NCBI GenBank assembly: GCA_030141605.1
Contig: JAQGDQ010000207.1
Span: 101,347-165,346 of the forward strand
Reading direction: 5' to 3'
Length of the DNA: 64,000 bases
Source: Tubiluchus corallicola
Lineage: Eukaryota > Animalia > Priapulida
The position numbers and the translations under genes are program-made. The notes beneath the pieces were generated by a model, which saw only the letters and a list, made by a program, of their open reading frames with translations, was not told the DNA's origin and searched no databases. Positions 40,669 to 54,272 of the stretch are shown here, piece after piece; position 1 is the first letter of the stretch; each line of letters starts with the position of its first letter.

Positions 40669-41125
40669 CCCTTTCATACCCGTTGTATCCCGTGGGATAC
40701 GAGAACATTTTCTGCTTTTAAAATTAATGAAATTTTAAAACTGACAGTTATTTGACATGTTAATAGTTATTTTGATTTAAGTCAATAACAATAGACTAAC
40801 AATGGTGATAAAATGGCAAACTAGAAAATCTACATAGCATAAAAAACTGCGCAAGGTACAGTACTTTAGAGACGACTTTGTACAGATCAGCATAGCATGC
40901 ATACTAAATGTCTTAAATACTTAAAAAAATTATCAACAGTTGCAAAATGAAGCACATTTTATGCTTCCATTGAATCCCAATGTATGTCGTGGGATACAGG
41001 CTATATTTAGCACGTGGGCACAGGTAGAAAAAAATATTTATTATGTGTAAACAAGATGGACATACTGAACAAAAGTACCAAATCAAAAAAAAATTCTTAT
41101 TAAAAATAATTTGGGACGGAAAGGA
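40669..41125. mobile_element. piggyBac-like MITE
   Basis: TTAA|CCCTTTCATACC ... GGGACGGAAAGGA|TTAA. Confidence 0.7.
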
Positions 41126-41824
41126 TTAAGAAAACATATTATAATGGAGTTTTTCTTCATTCAAAGGCTCAGCTCTTTATTCCATATAAGTAGTTTCAAC
41201 TAAAGCGTGCTCAAGTCTGTTGCAATGCCAGCGACGGATACAGGCTTTAGAAAAATGGTGGGCTCAATAAAGAAGCAGCTAGGAGGTCTAGCGATCCCCG
41301 TCTACCAATGCATTTTACTGCATTTTAGACTATTTTTCTTACTATTTCCTCAAGCAATGTTTAGAACTCATTATGTCACTTCAAACTTTTGACTCTTAAT
41401 AACACACCAATATACTAGTCTACACACTAGTATAGCATATAATTGGGCACAGTGATATGTTTGCCAAAAACTTCAATTATCACTTAAAGGGCACAAATGT
41501 TTTTACACTGAAATCATTAATGCAGAACTTTTTACTCGATATAAGTCATTAAAAGCTACCACTAAACGTTCTAAAGCTTATAATCCAGAGAAAATATGCA
41601 CTTGGCGTGCTGTAACTGCTACTATGAAAGGGTGGGTCCAGGCCCCTTGGGCTTACCCCCTAAATCCGTCACTGAATGCTATTGTTGTTTTTGGCTCAGA
41701 TGAAAATTTAAGCATTACTTTTTTTTACAGATACTAGTGGTGCCATCTAGTTTCTGTAGTTTCTTGTGGTAATGTTCAACTCTTGTCGGCTCTTCTAGCA
41801 ATTCCCAACAACGCAAGTGTTGCA

Positions 41825-42394
41825 ATGGAGACGACTCCCTATCCACCTCTAACGGGCCACGAACCAAACCCCACAGAAGATGAGTTGCTGTATGTTAAGA
41901 TACACGGAGGAGTGTTAGGTGGAATCCTGTTCTTTGTTGTTATCACGTTTCTGATTGGACAGCTCGTCGCGAAAAAAACGCGGGAAAAGGAACAGGCGGA
42001 GCGACGCAAAAGTTTCGTTCAAGCTAAAGAATTAGAGCAGAAAGAACTGCCGAAACAGCAACCACACCAGCCGGTGCAGAAGAATAAGGAAGTGCAGAAA
42101 GAACTGCCGAAACAGCAACCACACCAGCCGGTGCAGAAGAAGCAGGAAGTGCAGAAAGGAATGCAGATGCAAATGACGGAAATCAGGCCTCATTCAGAAC
42201 AAAGTGACATGAAGAAACTCCCGCCAGCATACCAATCCGCCCTTAATTCAACTCCTGTCGTAAATGACGCAAAGAGTAATACAATTGTTGCAGAAGTGCA
42301 CAACGCCACCTACGATAATCGAGCTTATGCTAAAGACGAAGCAAAGTTTAAAGTTGTTGATGAGTCGATACCTAGTGATGTAGAGCGATTTTAA
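41825..42394 (+). CDS. Uncharacterised single-pass (type III-like) membrane protein, 189 aa
   Basis: Strong acceptor ttttttacag ending 41730; ATG in GCAATGG context; one hydrophobic helix GGVLGGILFFVVITFLIGQLVA followed by KKTREK; internal 57-bp duplication. Confidence 0.75.
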   Translation: METTPYPPLTGHEPNPTEDELLYVKIHGGVLGGILFFVVITFLIGQLVAKKTREKEQAERRKSFVQAKELEQKELPKQQPHQPVQKNKEVQKELPKQQPHQPVQKKQEVQKGMQMQMTEIRPHSEQSDMKKLPPAYQSALNSTPVVNDAKSNTIVAEVHNATYDNRAYAKDEAKFKVVDESIPSDVERF

Positions 42395-45300
42395 CAGACT
42401 TGATATTAATTCCTGACTATAAGCATGCGCGCGCATGTGTGAAGCGTAACTTGAGAAAATTTTACAGCTGGCTTTTCAAACTCAAAAAAGAAGGAAAAAC
42501 AGAACAAACAGAGGAAAAATGGAAACCGTGCTCAAAATAAGCCGAATTTAAGCCCAATGCAGTCATTTTTTCTGATGATGACTGTGCAATATGTTAAAAA
42601 TTTCAGCGCAATCAAGTTTATATGTACAACAAAAGTAGATAAGCATAAATTGCTGAACCAAGCCACGTTTTAAGTCAAAAGCAACTCTTTTCGTTACGAT
42701 AATGTAGATATCTTGTAATTGATTTGCAATCAGACTTTTTTAGTCTCTTTAGTATTATTCGGCTCTCTCGCGGCGCGTTGAGACTACCGAGTTTTTCTGT
42801 CGTGAGTTTTCTCTCTGACAGCAAACTCGCAAGTGTGAACCATGGATCCAATCAATTTAAAATAGCACTTTAAGTGATCACTGACTAGTGCACAAATTCG
42901 TGGGAAAAGTGTTTAATTATAGTTAATATTGTAAGTATCCACTGGCCGGAGCGGGACAAAAATACGTGTTGACTGACCGCTGCGAAGACCTGATCTCTCA
43001 TTGCTTTGCGAGTTACTGTCCACAAGTTACTGCAAACTCACCGACAGTTGCAGCCAATTGATTTCCTGCTGGTGTGAACGCCAGTCGGCGAGTTACTCTC
43101 GACAGTTCTCGTAGTGTCAACTCGCGCTTACTGTCGCAGAGTAACTCGCAGCAAGTTTTCTGTCTAGTCTGAACACGCTTGCGAGTTAGTTGACGAGTTA
43201 ACTTGGCGAGAAAATGCCCTAGTCTGAACGCTCCGTAAAACATAATGCAAAGCTTGCAAGTAAAAACGTTTTCTAAGGAGCGTTTTTAACACTTCCATAT
43301 TTCTATTTTTGCTCACGTCTTGCAAAGAACAACTTAAAGACCTAGGACAAATCAAAAATGTAAGATGTAAACCGAAATTCCTCAAAAACGGAAAAAATAG
43401 AAGCATGATGGATACTTAATTTACTATAATTAGCTTAATTTGATTAAAATGGCCGCGGCTAATATTGACAATGCTGCTCAATATTGATGCTGTTTTTGCA
43501 GCATTTAGTAATAGCATCGTGTAATACTTAAAATAGCTTTAAACACTCGATCGTTTCATGCTTGCTGGCTCCCATTTTCAACGTCAATTTTCCACCAGTG
43601 ACGTCGTTCATTGACTGAAGACCACCAGCGCGCTGTCAAAAGTACAATAACCTTTTACAAAAAAATAAATGACTAACTTTACGATATTTTTGCTTACACA
43701 TTAGGTAAGCTGCAGAAATCTGAATTAGTTTGAGCAGCGCGCGCTCAAGAAAAACCGATATGCGCTTTTGAAACGTCTCCAAGTCCACCAGTTACGTCAC
43801 AATTTTCAAATAAATGGCAGCTACCACCTGAAAGTTTCTATACAGCGGTATTACTAATTAACTTTATGCTTTATAGACAGTTTTTTTTGTAAATGTCTTC
43901 GTTATACTTTATTAAGTTTAAGTGACTTACCCTTTTCTTTAAAAAACTCCAATGTCATGAGACAAAGAACCCAATATATGACCATGATAATTATTAAAAA
44001 ACAAAACGCTTTTTTTGCTATTTATATGCCAGCAAGTTGACTTATATCTAAAAGGTTAGATTGTTAAATAGGCCTGAAATTTTACTGCAGTTCGCTCTTC
44101 TAAAATTTCATTAAAAGCGAAGTTAGGCATAGGCCTGATTGGTAAGACTGTGGTCATAATCTATTTCAAATTTTTATTATTGTAACTTATTTGTCTTACG
44201 ACTTCAATTCTTTTAAGTACTTGCAAATGTTAATTAACACTGTGACGTCAGCAGAGTCATAGATGCAGGATATAGATATAATCTTTAAATGTGTGATTGT
44301 TTGTTATTAAAGTGAATTATACATCAACTAGTTTTACATAGTTTTTAAAAAATACATGTTGAAAACGATAAGTTTTTACTGAGTTTTGTTACTTTTAAAA
44401 AGTTTTCAGCATTTTTTGTATCTTATTCTTTGGTTGGAGCTTTTTCCTCGTGCACCACAACTGAATTGCATAGTTAAAGCTAATGATATCCCAAAAATAA
44501 TTTTGCATCGACACATCAATTACGTCAGTTACCACCCTTTCACAGAGAAAAACAATGGAGCATAAAGCAGTGATTACAACACAAACTAACAAAAGTACTA
44601 TAATTATTAGCAAATTCTAAGAATCGTTTTAGACTGGTTTGTCAAGAACTTATACTTATCGAAGTCAACCAGCGTTAAAGCCCAAATGTTTAATAGGCCG
44701 TATACCTGAGTTGTTTATATTGGGTCCTTATAATAGGCCTGATATTTAATGATTTACTCTAAGACCTTAGTAGGCCCAATATTTTTATGCATAGTGTGGA
44801 ACTCTGCGTCCAGCACACACTCGCAGAAATTACAATAAGTGGATGATTGTGGCAGACGCGGAACCTAGCTCAATATTAACCGTACTAGCTTGAGACAAGC
44901 TCATGTTATTTACCTGCCTGGGAGATTTTTTTCAGCGGCAGATTTGTTTGGGTTTTTTGGCTTGGAAAAACTGAAAAGTTTCGAATCTTTCCAGTTACTA
45001 TACGTCTGCATAACTTTTATCCAAGCTTAATGTAGTATAGTATAATAACATATTTTTTGCCACCACTTTAATGTTTCACCAATATAATTTCTCTGTACTA
45101 ATGCTGGACAAGTTTTAGTTGGAGAAAATAAAAGTTATAATGATAACAGCCATTTGACCTCAACTCTCGACGTAAATTTCAATGTAATTTCTGCACGTGT
45201 TTGTGATCCGCTTTTGTTACGCAACTTAGAAAAAGGAGGAGGCAAGACAAAGGGAGAGCTAACTGGCCGTCACGAGGGGGCTCCCGCTAGGTATGTGAGG

Positions 45301-45654
45301 CACACTGGGACGTGAATAAACTACCCGAGTCTCACATACCTTTTTTAAAATGGAGTCAAGATTATTGGTGTCACAGCACCAACAACAATTGGGCTAAAAC
45401 TTTAGTTTAGCTGTTAGATTTTAGTAGTAAAATATTTCGCTTTTGTGTATTGCCAGGCCTTGAACGACGTTCAAAAATTTTCCGTATTTTACTGAAAAAT
45501 TATTATAAAGATAAAAAGAAAACTTATTATGTTTGTTTTCAAGGCCGAGTTGTCGAAATAAAACTGGAAGGATTAGAATGAAAAGGTAAATTACTTGGTT
45601 ATCCAAAGAAAATTTCTTAGAATCACCTGTAATCTTAGAAAAAGAGAACATCTC

Positions 45655-46390
45655 AGTTTAACATGCTTTAAAACTAATAAAATCTTAACTGTTGACGATT
45701 TAATACACATGAATACAGCTACATACATACATGTATAAAACTAAATATAATCTCTTTCCAACGTTCTTTAATAATCCAGTCCAACCAAATAATCGGAGTT
45801 ACGCAACCAGAATGAATGAGTTTGTCGTAAATTTCTGTAGAATAGATGTGGCACGGCAATTCATTGCAAATGTTGGTCCAAGGCTTTGGAATGACATAAA
45901 TGATGAATTAAAAACTGTTCAGCCAATTCAAAAATTTAAAAAGAAATACAGAGCAATGATTCTCAACAAGTACAACACTTCCTAATTTCCCACACCTACT
46001 GCAGCAGTCATACCACAATCCTGGTACAGATTATGCAAAACAAGGCATCATTGATAAATCTTTAGAGCTGATGTCAACATAGCGCAATCTATTATCTTTC
46101 TTTCTACCATTTCCGCTAACACATCCTTCTACCCTTCCTGGGTGATCTAACCTTTCTCCCAGTTCTTTTTTTGTTCACTCATCCATTCTTTTTTATCGGG
46201 TTCACATGACAGTGGGCTTATACAAGCCTTTGCTTCTCTAGCCCACTGCAGTACAATTATTCTTTTATGATAACGATAGTGTATGAAACATAACAATTTA
46301 ATACAGTTGATGTAATAATTTTAATGTCACTGTGTGCTTAATGTCATTATATTGTACTGAATATGATAATAATAATAAAAAATATAAAAA
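45655..46390 (+). mobile_element. L2/Crack-like LINE 3' end
   Basis: FKTNKILTVDDLI...GPRLWNDI...KFKKKYR then pyrimidine-rich 3' UTR and TAA/A-rich tail. Confidence 0.72.
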
Positions 46391-47707
46391 TTAAAAGTAA
46401 ATCTACGTAAATATATCAATAGTTGAGGGGTCGTCCAATTTGATAGAAACAATCAAAAATGCCTCTAGAGTAAACCCATAAAGTTCTGTAGTTGTCTATT
46501 AGACAATTAAAAGACAATCTACACCATTATACTGAAGTAAATCTTTTACAAACATTTAGCTCTGATTGTAAAAACGCCGAAGAAATTTTTCAAGAAAATT
46601 TTATTTGCTGTTTTAAGATGGATTATCTTTTTTGTTTGTAAAAATTTATTATGTTTGTTTTTTGGAAGCCAATTTGTTGAAACAAAACTGGAAAGATTAA
46701 AGTTAAAAATAAAATACTAAATTAAAAGTGACGTAAATATATATCTGTAGCAACTGGTTACAGCCATTTGATAACAAAAAATTAAAAACCACAGTGCTGT
46801 AGTTGTCAAACATTGTAGATGATCATATTGATGTATTTTTTTAGAAATATTTTGTACTGAATTTAAAAAACTTAAAATAGGATTTTTAAAGCATGGTTTT
46901 TAAAGAAAATTTTATTGGGTTTTAAGACAGATTTTTTTGTCGTGTTATATAAGGTTACATCAAATAAAAATTAAATAAGTAACAACAAACAATTGTTATA
47001 TATCTTACTTAAAAAGTAATCATACTTTGTTGTGTGCTATACACTTTTGTAATCTGCATATACTATTATGATATGGTACACCACAGAAATGAAGGAATTA
47101 TTTACTAGACGATTTCGTTTCCATAATGAGATCTTTTATAAAAACTTAATAGAAAGATGAAATCTAGACAATTGCATTTTGAAATTATTCTGAGTTTTTT
47201 ACACAAGAAGCAGTGAACAGCATGATCCGCGAGTAATAGACGTTTCTCATTAATAACAACAAGCAATTTTACTTATGCATAAGAATACACGGGTTTACTC
47301 ATTACTGCAAAGGAAATAAAAGTTACTCAGATTACAAAACAAATGGTTTTTTGATGCTCAGTGAGTCACATACGTCACGATCCGTATTGATGTACATGTG
47401 CAATAAACTTAATGAGAATTTGAATGCAATTCAAACGTCGTTATACGATCTGTGGAAGTTAAGCATTTTTCTGCTTTTAAAGTACGTAGAGTGTTTTTCT
47501 AAAGCTTGATTGTCCACAGTAGATGAGACGCAGCTTTGCGTTATAGTATATCATGTTATACCATGTGTGATACGAGCATGGAATGATATTATTTTATAAA
47601 CAGCAATTACATATAATATATATATACACACAGTTATGACAAATAACTTGAGTTAGTAAGTATTAAATAAAACATGATAATGAATGACTAATAAAAGGAG
47701 ATTAAGA

Positions 47708-49673
47708 TTAGTTGTGATAGCTTCGGCCACCGGTTCTCCCACGATATGGTTGACTGTATCCAGGATAAGTTTGATCACCTTGGTAAGTTGAAGGATACCC
47801 GAAATTTGGAGCTCGCTGTTGGGACGGTTGAGCAGGGTGCAAGTAAATATTATCAGACCTTTCAAATTGTTGCTGTGGCTGTGCTAAGAAGCCATTACCG
47901 TAACCTGTTAGCTGAAGTCCTCGAGAAGCGGAACTGGTGTCATCAGTATCGTCAGAAGTGTCCTCTTGAGACTGCTGAGTGACGTAGCCGTTCTCGTACG
48001 ACCTTGATGGATATCCTTGAGAACCGGAACCAATAGTTGCGTCACTGCTGGTATCGTCAGTCTGGGAAGGGAATCCAGGATAAGTTTGATCACCTTGGTA
48101 AGTTGAAGGATACCCGAAATTTGGGCCTCGCTGTTGGGACGGTTGAGCAGGGTGCAAGTAAATATTATCAGACCTTTCAAATTGTTGCTGTGGCTGTGCT
48201 AAGAAGCCATTACCGTAACCTGTTAGCTGAAGTCCTCGAGAAGCGGAACTGGTGTCATCAGTATCGTCAGAAGTGTCCTCTTGAGACTGCAGAGTGACGT
48301 AGCCGTTCTCGTACGACCTTGATGAATATCCTTGAGAACCGGAACCAATAGTTGTGTCACTGCTGGTATCGTCAGTCTGGGAAGGGAATCCAGGATAAGT
48401 TTGATCACCTTGGTAAGTTGAAGGATACCCGAAATTTGGGCCTCGCTGTTGGGACGGTTGAGCAGGGTGCAAGTAAATATTATCAGACCTTTCAAATTGT
48501 TGCTGTGGCTGTGCTAAGAAGCCATTACTGTAACCTGTTAGCTGAAGTCCTCGAGAAGCGGCACTGGTGTCATCAGTATCGTCAGAAGTGTCCTCTTGAG
48601 ACTGCTGAGTGACGTAGCCGTTCTCGTACGCCCTTGATGGATATCCTTGAGAACCGGAACCAATAGTTGCGCCCCTGCTGGTATCGTCAGTCTGGGAAGG
48701 GAAGCCAATTCCGCCATTACTGTTAAAAAAGTAGTTGAGTGCAGACAATCCGGCGGTTGGTGAACGAGCTCCAGTAGAGAAGGAGGCTCTACTATCGTCA
48801 CTGCCATCGCTGCCGTCGTCGCTTTCGGTTCCCGCAGAAGAGGCTCCGCTATCAAAATCAGAGAAACGTGAGTAACCAGTAAAGCTTCGGCTATCTGATG
48901 CTGTGGTATCTTCCTCTTCTGTTGCTTCTTCCTCTGGAGGTGACTGGCCGACAAATGCATAACCTCCATCAGCGAAGTAGTTGTTAGGATTGAGCGTGAA
49001 TCTGAACGATGCAGATCTTCCATTCTGGGTATCGGAGTCTTCCTCATCGTCATCGGTGTTTGAGGGCAGATCAGATCCGAAAGGGCGCCTGTAGATGCTG
49101 CGAGAGGAATAACCAGATGGCTGCTCCACATCTGTTTCAGCTGTGGAATCCTCAGTGGAATCACTCTCTTCTCTTGCAGCGAGTGAATAACCTTGTTGGA
49201 AGAGATTCAGAGGCGATAGGTTCAGGTTCAGTGGCCTCAGATTGATATTGAATGAGCTGCTATCATCCTCTTCTTCATCACCACTGTCGTCATCGTCATC
49301 GTCTACTTCAATGTCCTCTTCTACCTCTTCCTCTACTTCTGGTGCTTCGGTTGTCGTCTGTTCTTCAGGTGCAGGGATAATATGTGGAATGGCGACGTAC
49401 CCATAATCAGAGCCAAAGAGACGTATACCATTACCACCGATGCTTGCCTGAACGCTAGTTGGTTCCAAATGACCGTAGCCATGGTAACCACCGTAACCAC
49501 CATAGCCGCCGTGATAACCACCAGTACCACCACGACCACCGTAACCACCAGCGCCATATCCACTTCGGCCACGAGCAAATCCACCACCATTTAGTTGATT
49601 ACCAGCAAATCGCCTTCTTCCAGACCCCATTCCAGACCCCGCTGCAGATCCACCTGAACTAGCCCTGAACAGT
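47708..49673 (-). CDS. Secreted acidic Gly/Tyr-rich repeat protein, exon 3 (whole protein 717 aa)
   Basis: ttttcag acceptor in phase with exon 2 and with the 640-aa ORF; GGY-rich block, D/E tracts, 3 x 105-aa repeats. Confidence 0.88.
47758..48702 (-). repeat. Three near-identical 315-bp coding repeats
   Basis: CCAGGATAAGTTTGATCACC recurs at 315-bp spacing (about 47760, 48075, 48390). Confidence 0.97.
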
Positions 49674-50303
49674 CTGAAAAGTTAACGGACGTTTATCAGT
49701 GGGAGCAAGAATAGTTAAATTGCTAAATGATTTGCGGCGAACATTGGGCAATTGCTGACTAGAAGTGCATTCATGTTTAACGTTATCCAGTACGTTTCTG
49801 AGACTTGGCGGAATTCACCAATAGTAAGGTTAGTGAACACATGTGCACGCGTTCACACCTGTTAACGGGCATAACACTTACAGCAGTTAGCCTAGCTGCC
49901 ACTTAATTGAACACTAGGCACAAAAATTGTGGTACAACGAGGATTTTAACCCGGAATTTAGCTGTTTCAGAGCACAGAGCTTTTCTGCTAACTTAGCATA
50001 CGAGCACACTGACAAGGTCCTACATATATGCTATGTACAAGTGTACACATGTGTATGAAATCAGATATACATGAAGCCTCAAAAATGACTTTAAAAAAGG
50101 CATTTTTATATTGAGACCAGCAGATGTCATTTTCTGGGAGAAAAACATAACATGCTATTCCACCAAATATATTGTCATTCTGTTTATATTCGTGACGTAT
50201 AGTGTATAAGATAATTTTATCAAGATAATAATTCAAAGTCACAATGAACAAATCGAGTTTAACCAGCAAGAAACTATCCCTCAAACGAGGCTGTGACTTT
50301 CTA

Positions 50304-51168
50304 ATGTATATGTAACAAGTATCTTCATGTATGTATATGTAACAAGTATCTTCATGTATGTGTATGTAACAAGTATCTTCATCTATGTATATGTAACAAG
50401 TATCTTCATCTATGTATATGTAACAAGTATCTTCATCTATGTATATGTAACAAGTATCTTCATCTATGTATATGTAACAAGTATCTTCATCTATGTATAT
50501 GTAACAAGTATCTTCATGTATGTATATGTAACAAGTATCTTCATATATGTATATGTTACAAGCATCTTAATCTATGTACATGTAACAAGCATCTTCATCT
50601 ATGTACATGTAACAAGTATCTTCATCTATGTACATGTAACAAGTATCTTCATCTGTGTACATGTAACAAGTATCTTCATCTATGTATATGTAACAAGTAT
50701 CTTCATATATGTATATGTTACAAGCATCTTCATCTATGTACATGTAACAAGTATCTTCATCTATGTACATGTAACAAGTATCTTCATCTATGTACATGTA
50801 ACAAGTATCTTCATCTATGTACATGTAACAAGTATCTTCATCTATGTACATGTAACAAGTATCTTCATCTATGTATATGTAACAAGTATCTTCATATATG
50901 TATATGTTACAAGCATCTTCATCTATGTACATGTAACAAGTATCTTCACCTATGTACATGTAACAAGTATCTTCATCTATTTACATGTAACAAGTATCTT
51001 CATCTATGTACATGTAACAAGTATCTTCATCTATGTACATGTAACAAGTATCTTCATCTATATACATGTAACAAGTATCTTCATCTATGTATATGTAACA
51101 AGTACCTTCATGTATGTATATGTAATAAGTATCTTCATCTATGTATATGTAACAAGTATCTTCATGTA
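50304..51168. repeat. 27-bp minisatellite, about 32 copies (intron 2 of the secreted protein gene)
   Basis: unit ATGTA(T/C)ATGTAACAAGTATCTTCATCT. Confidence 0.97.
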
Positions 51169-52307
51169 CAGCAGTGCAATGTCCGACTTAACTGCAACCC
51201 AGGAAGCAGAAACAAATGCATTTCAGAGGGTCTGCTCAAAAAACCTTAAACTAAAATTGCCATACATCATTTCAATTGAGCAGCTGTAGGACTGAGGATC
51301 TTTGGAACACTAAAATCAGAATAAGAAGGCTAAGATGGGTAGGACAATTAATGACATTGCCAGAACAGCACCAATAAGATAAGCATTAAACCAGGCACGG
51401 AAACCTGCTAAACAAATTGGAGATCAAGAACTAATAAAGATTTACTACAGTTAAGACCAAACTTAAAGCCATAAATAAAAAAAGGTAAGATTAACATTAA
51501 ACAAAGCATTGAAACCTGCTAAAAATGGGTATCAAGAACAATGGCGACTCGTAGGTAAAATTAGTGGGGGTGTTGCAAAACCAAAAATTTTTTAGCCATT
51601 GTTTTAATACTGTGTAAAACGAAACAAACATAATTATTATGTAATCTTAATGGTGTAATTTTACACAAACAAACAAATTTACACATAAACTTGACAAAAC
51701 CCTAAACAAAAATATTGTTTTCTTACGAATAGCCTAAATTGTCGCAGTTCAAGAATATGCCGATACAGGGTTTTTAAACACGTGACAACTGACAAACCGT
51801 ACTGCGACAGTACGCTTTCTACCTAATGTACAGCGTCTTATCTCAGACATGTGCGCATGGCCGCATGCGCACAACAGCCAAACACCACGTTGTTTGGGCT
51901 GTGAAGCAAATTGTACTCCCCTCACATGCTCCGGTTCCGCACAAGTATGTTGAAAGAACTAAAGAAAAAAGATTTATTATATTGACTATTATCGGTAATA
52001 AAGAGTGAAAACAGGGGGTGCTGCAGTACCTACACACGCACCACTGGTTGAGAAATAATAAAGATTTTTAACAGCTGAGACCAAACTTATCAACAGAGTC
52101 ACATGAGCTGAAAATTTTAGCTGCAGACAGGAAACAGTGGGGTGATCTAATAAAGGATAGAGGCTCAATGTCTACAATAATAGATGTTTAGAGCAACAGT
52201 TTGAGAAGTCGTGTTTTTCATTTTTTCTTAAATGTACAATTTTTCATTATTCTAATTCATTAGAATTCATGTTGTTCTTTTTTTCAAAATGAATAAGGGG
52301 AACTTAC

Positions 52308-52456
52308 TCATCGCCAGCGCCACCCTGTCGCTGTTGCCGAGATGTTAGGGCTTGATTGCTGAGACCGATGACATTGCGTCCTCCACCGAATCCTGCCGTC
52401 GCGCCCCCAGCTAAATTGCCCCCTGCGCCCCCGCCTAGCTGAGCAACGCTGATGCC
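52308..52456 (-). CDS. Secreted acidic Gly/Tyr-rich repeat protein, exon 2
   Basis: atttcag|GISVAQLGGGAGGNLAGGATAGFGGGRNVIGLSNQALTSRQQRQGGAGD; GA|GTAAGT phase 2; GC-rich island in AT-rich DNA. Confidence 0.8.
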
Positions 52457-52903
52457 CTGAAATATTGAAAAACACACAGCATATTAGGTAAGATTCATTC
52501 ACATTCAATGACATCATTAAGTCAAGTTTCACGCGCAGCAGTAAGTAAGTAGTTTATCACTGTTTTTATAATAGCAAAATACACAACTAAGTGATTTATG
52601 TTTCTGTATACAACGTACACTACTATTAAAAAGTTCAAAAATGATTATTGATTAGAGTAGTGAAAGAACTATGAGTTATCCAAGTCAGCCACCCTCTCAG
52701 AATTGTTAGTAATATAATTAATTAATGCGCATGTACCAAGTAATTAAAAATGATCAGATTTTGCATTTAAAGCGATTGTTGATTGAATTATGACACAAAA
52801 GTGTTAGTTTCTAATAAAAATAATGTTCAATTACGGGAAAGAGAAGACAAACGTGATTATATTTAAATATTATGTTAAACTGGATTATTTTACGTATTTA
52901 CAA

Positions 52904-52907
<4 letters not shown>

Positions 52908-52980
<73 letters not shown>
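52908..52980. repeat. (TTA)n microsatellite
   Basis: about 24 pure TTA units. Confidence 0.97.
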
Positions 52981-53236
52981 GGTGTTATTTGTAGTTATAA
53001 TCATCGACGTCATCGTTGAAATTACTTGGCTCTGAGACAGTCAAACTGAAGTCACAGAGCACATCAATTAGTAACACTAACCATCTTATTATGAGTCGCA
53101 TGGATTTCATATGATTCTTGTAGAGTCTGGGAGAGGTTGGCTTTCTTCCCTCTTGCACGAAATTACGAAATGTGTGAGTGTACATTAGCCATTTATATAC
53201 GTTAGGCATGGAATTTCAATATGAAATGGATGTACC

Positions 53237-53560
53237 CACAGGAGTACAGGCCGATTTCTGCAAGGGGGGGGGGGGCTGAGCCAGCTTTTGCCCGAGAAAT
53301 ACAGTGCCAATTCGAAGAAAGTTCCGTGTTGGGAATTGCCTCACCCTACCCCATGATAAAAAAATTACGACAACACGGATTTTGGGTATTTCATATGGCG
53401 GCAAGGACAATTTTTATGAATTTCCTTTTTTATGGAAAATATTATTTTATTTTTACGAAACTGTCCGAAAAAGCTGGTGGTTGTCCGAAAAAATGTGTTT
53501 GCTCGAATCTGGGGGAGTGGGAACTGCAGACACCCCTGCCCCCTGGCTCATACGCCTGTG
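53237..53560. mobile_element. hAT-like MITE
   Basis: CACAGGAGTA ... TACGCCTGTG termini; TSD GATGTAC(C/T). Confidence 0.7.
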
Positions 53561-54272
53561 GATGTACTTATTCAGATAGTCAAACATGTGAACATTAGTC
53601 AACTATACGGTAACAGTTGAAAACAGTTTCACCAAAATTATTTAATATCATTATACCTTTAGCTTATTACCCTTAATGCTACACTTTAAACTAGACTTTG
53701 CACTTTCATTATCATTTTTGTAATAGTAATATTTTTATAAAAATAAAAATTGTACCCATAATAGCTACTTGGGTTGCCATGTAAGTTTATGAGCCAAAGT
53801 TGGCGAATTTATGAGAGCAAACTTAATAACAGAATAATTAAAACAATACGCGTGCTTTTACGTGCTTAATGTTATTTATAGTTTAGAGTAAGTTATGTAC
53901 TTTAACGGATATTTTTCAGTAGCCCAATACCTACAACTGTTACGGATTTTAGTAATTATTATATAAGTTCTGCATCCTATTATTAATTGAAGTTTTCTAG
54001 CAGTTTATTAATATTTTACATTGTAAATGAAGAATAAAGGAAGCTGATTATTGCTTATTGAAATGCTTGATTATTGAAACACCTTACCTTGTCTGAAAGA
54101 ACCATGAAATAATAGTATACAATTAATAATTTATGAATATTTATAAGAAAAAGGTACTGTTAAAATAAATGAAACACTTACCACGCAATTTACAAGTGAT
54201 TAAAATTTACTGATTTTTATTAAAGATCGCCATTAAACGCTAATGAATGAATGCTGATTCATAAACACTTAC

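Noticed and set aside
42772-43234. Possible Harbinger-like MITE (GGCGCGTTGAGACT ... AGTCTGAACGCTCC)
   Set aside because: Termini imperfect and no target-site duplication visible; not supported well enough to list.
47746-49662. Several 67-208 aa overlapping ORFs in other frames and on the opposite strand
   Set aside because: Shadows of the low-complexity, repeated coding exon.
50327-51289. 320-aa ORF (YVYVTSIFI repeats)
   Set aside because: Stop-free translation of a 27-bp minisatellite in an intron; no coding signature.
54088-54092. Possible 5-nt micro-exon (tttcag|ACAAG|gtaagg) in intron 1 of the secreted protein
   Set aside because: Would frameshift exon 2; exons 1 and 2 already join in phase.
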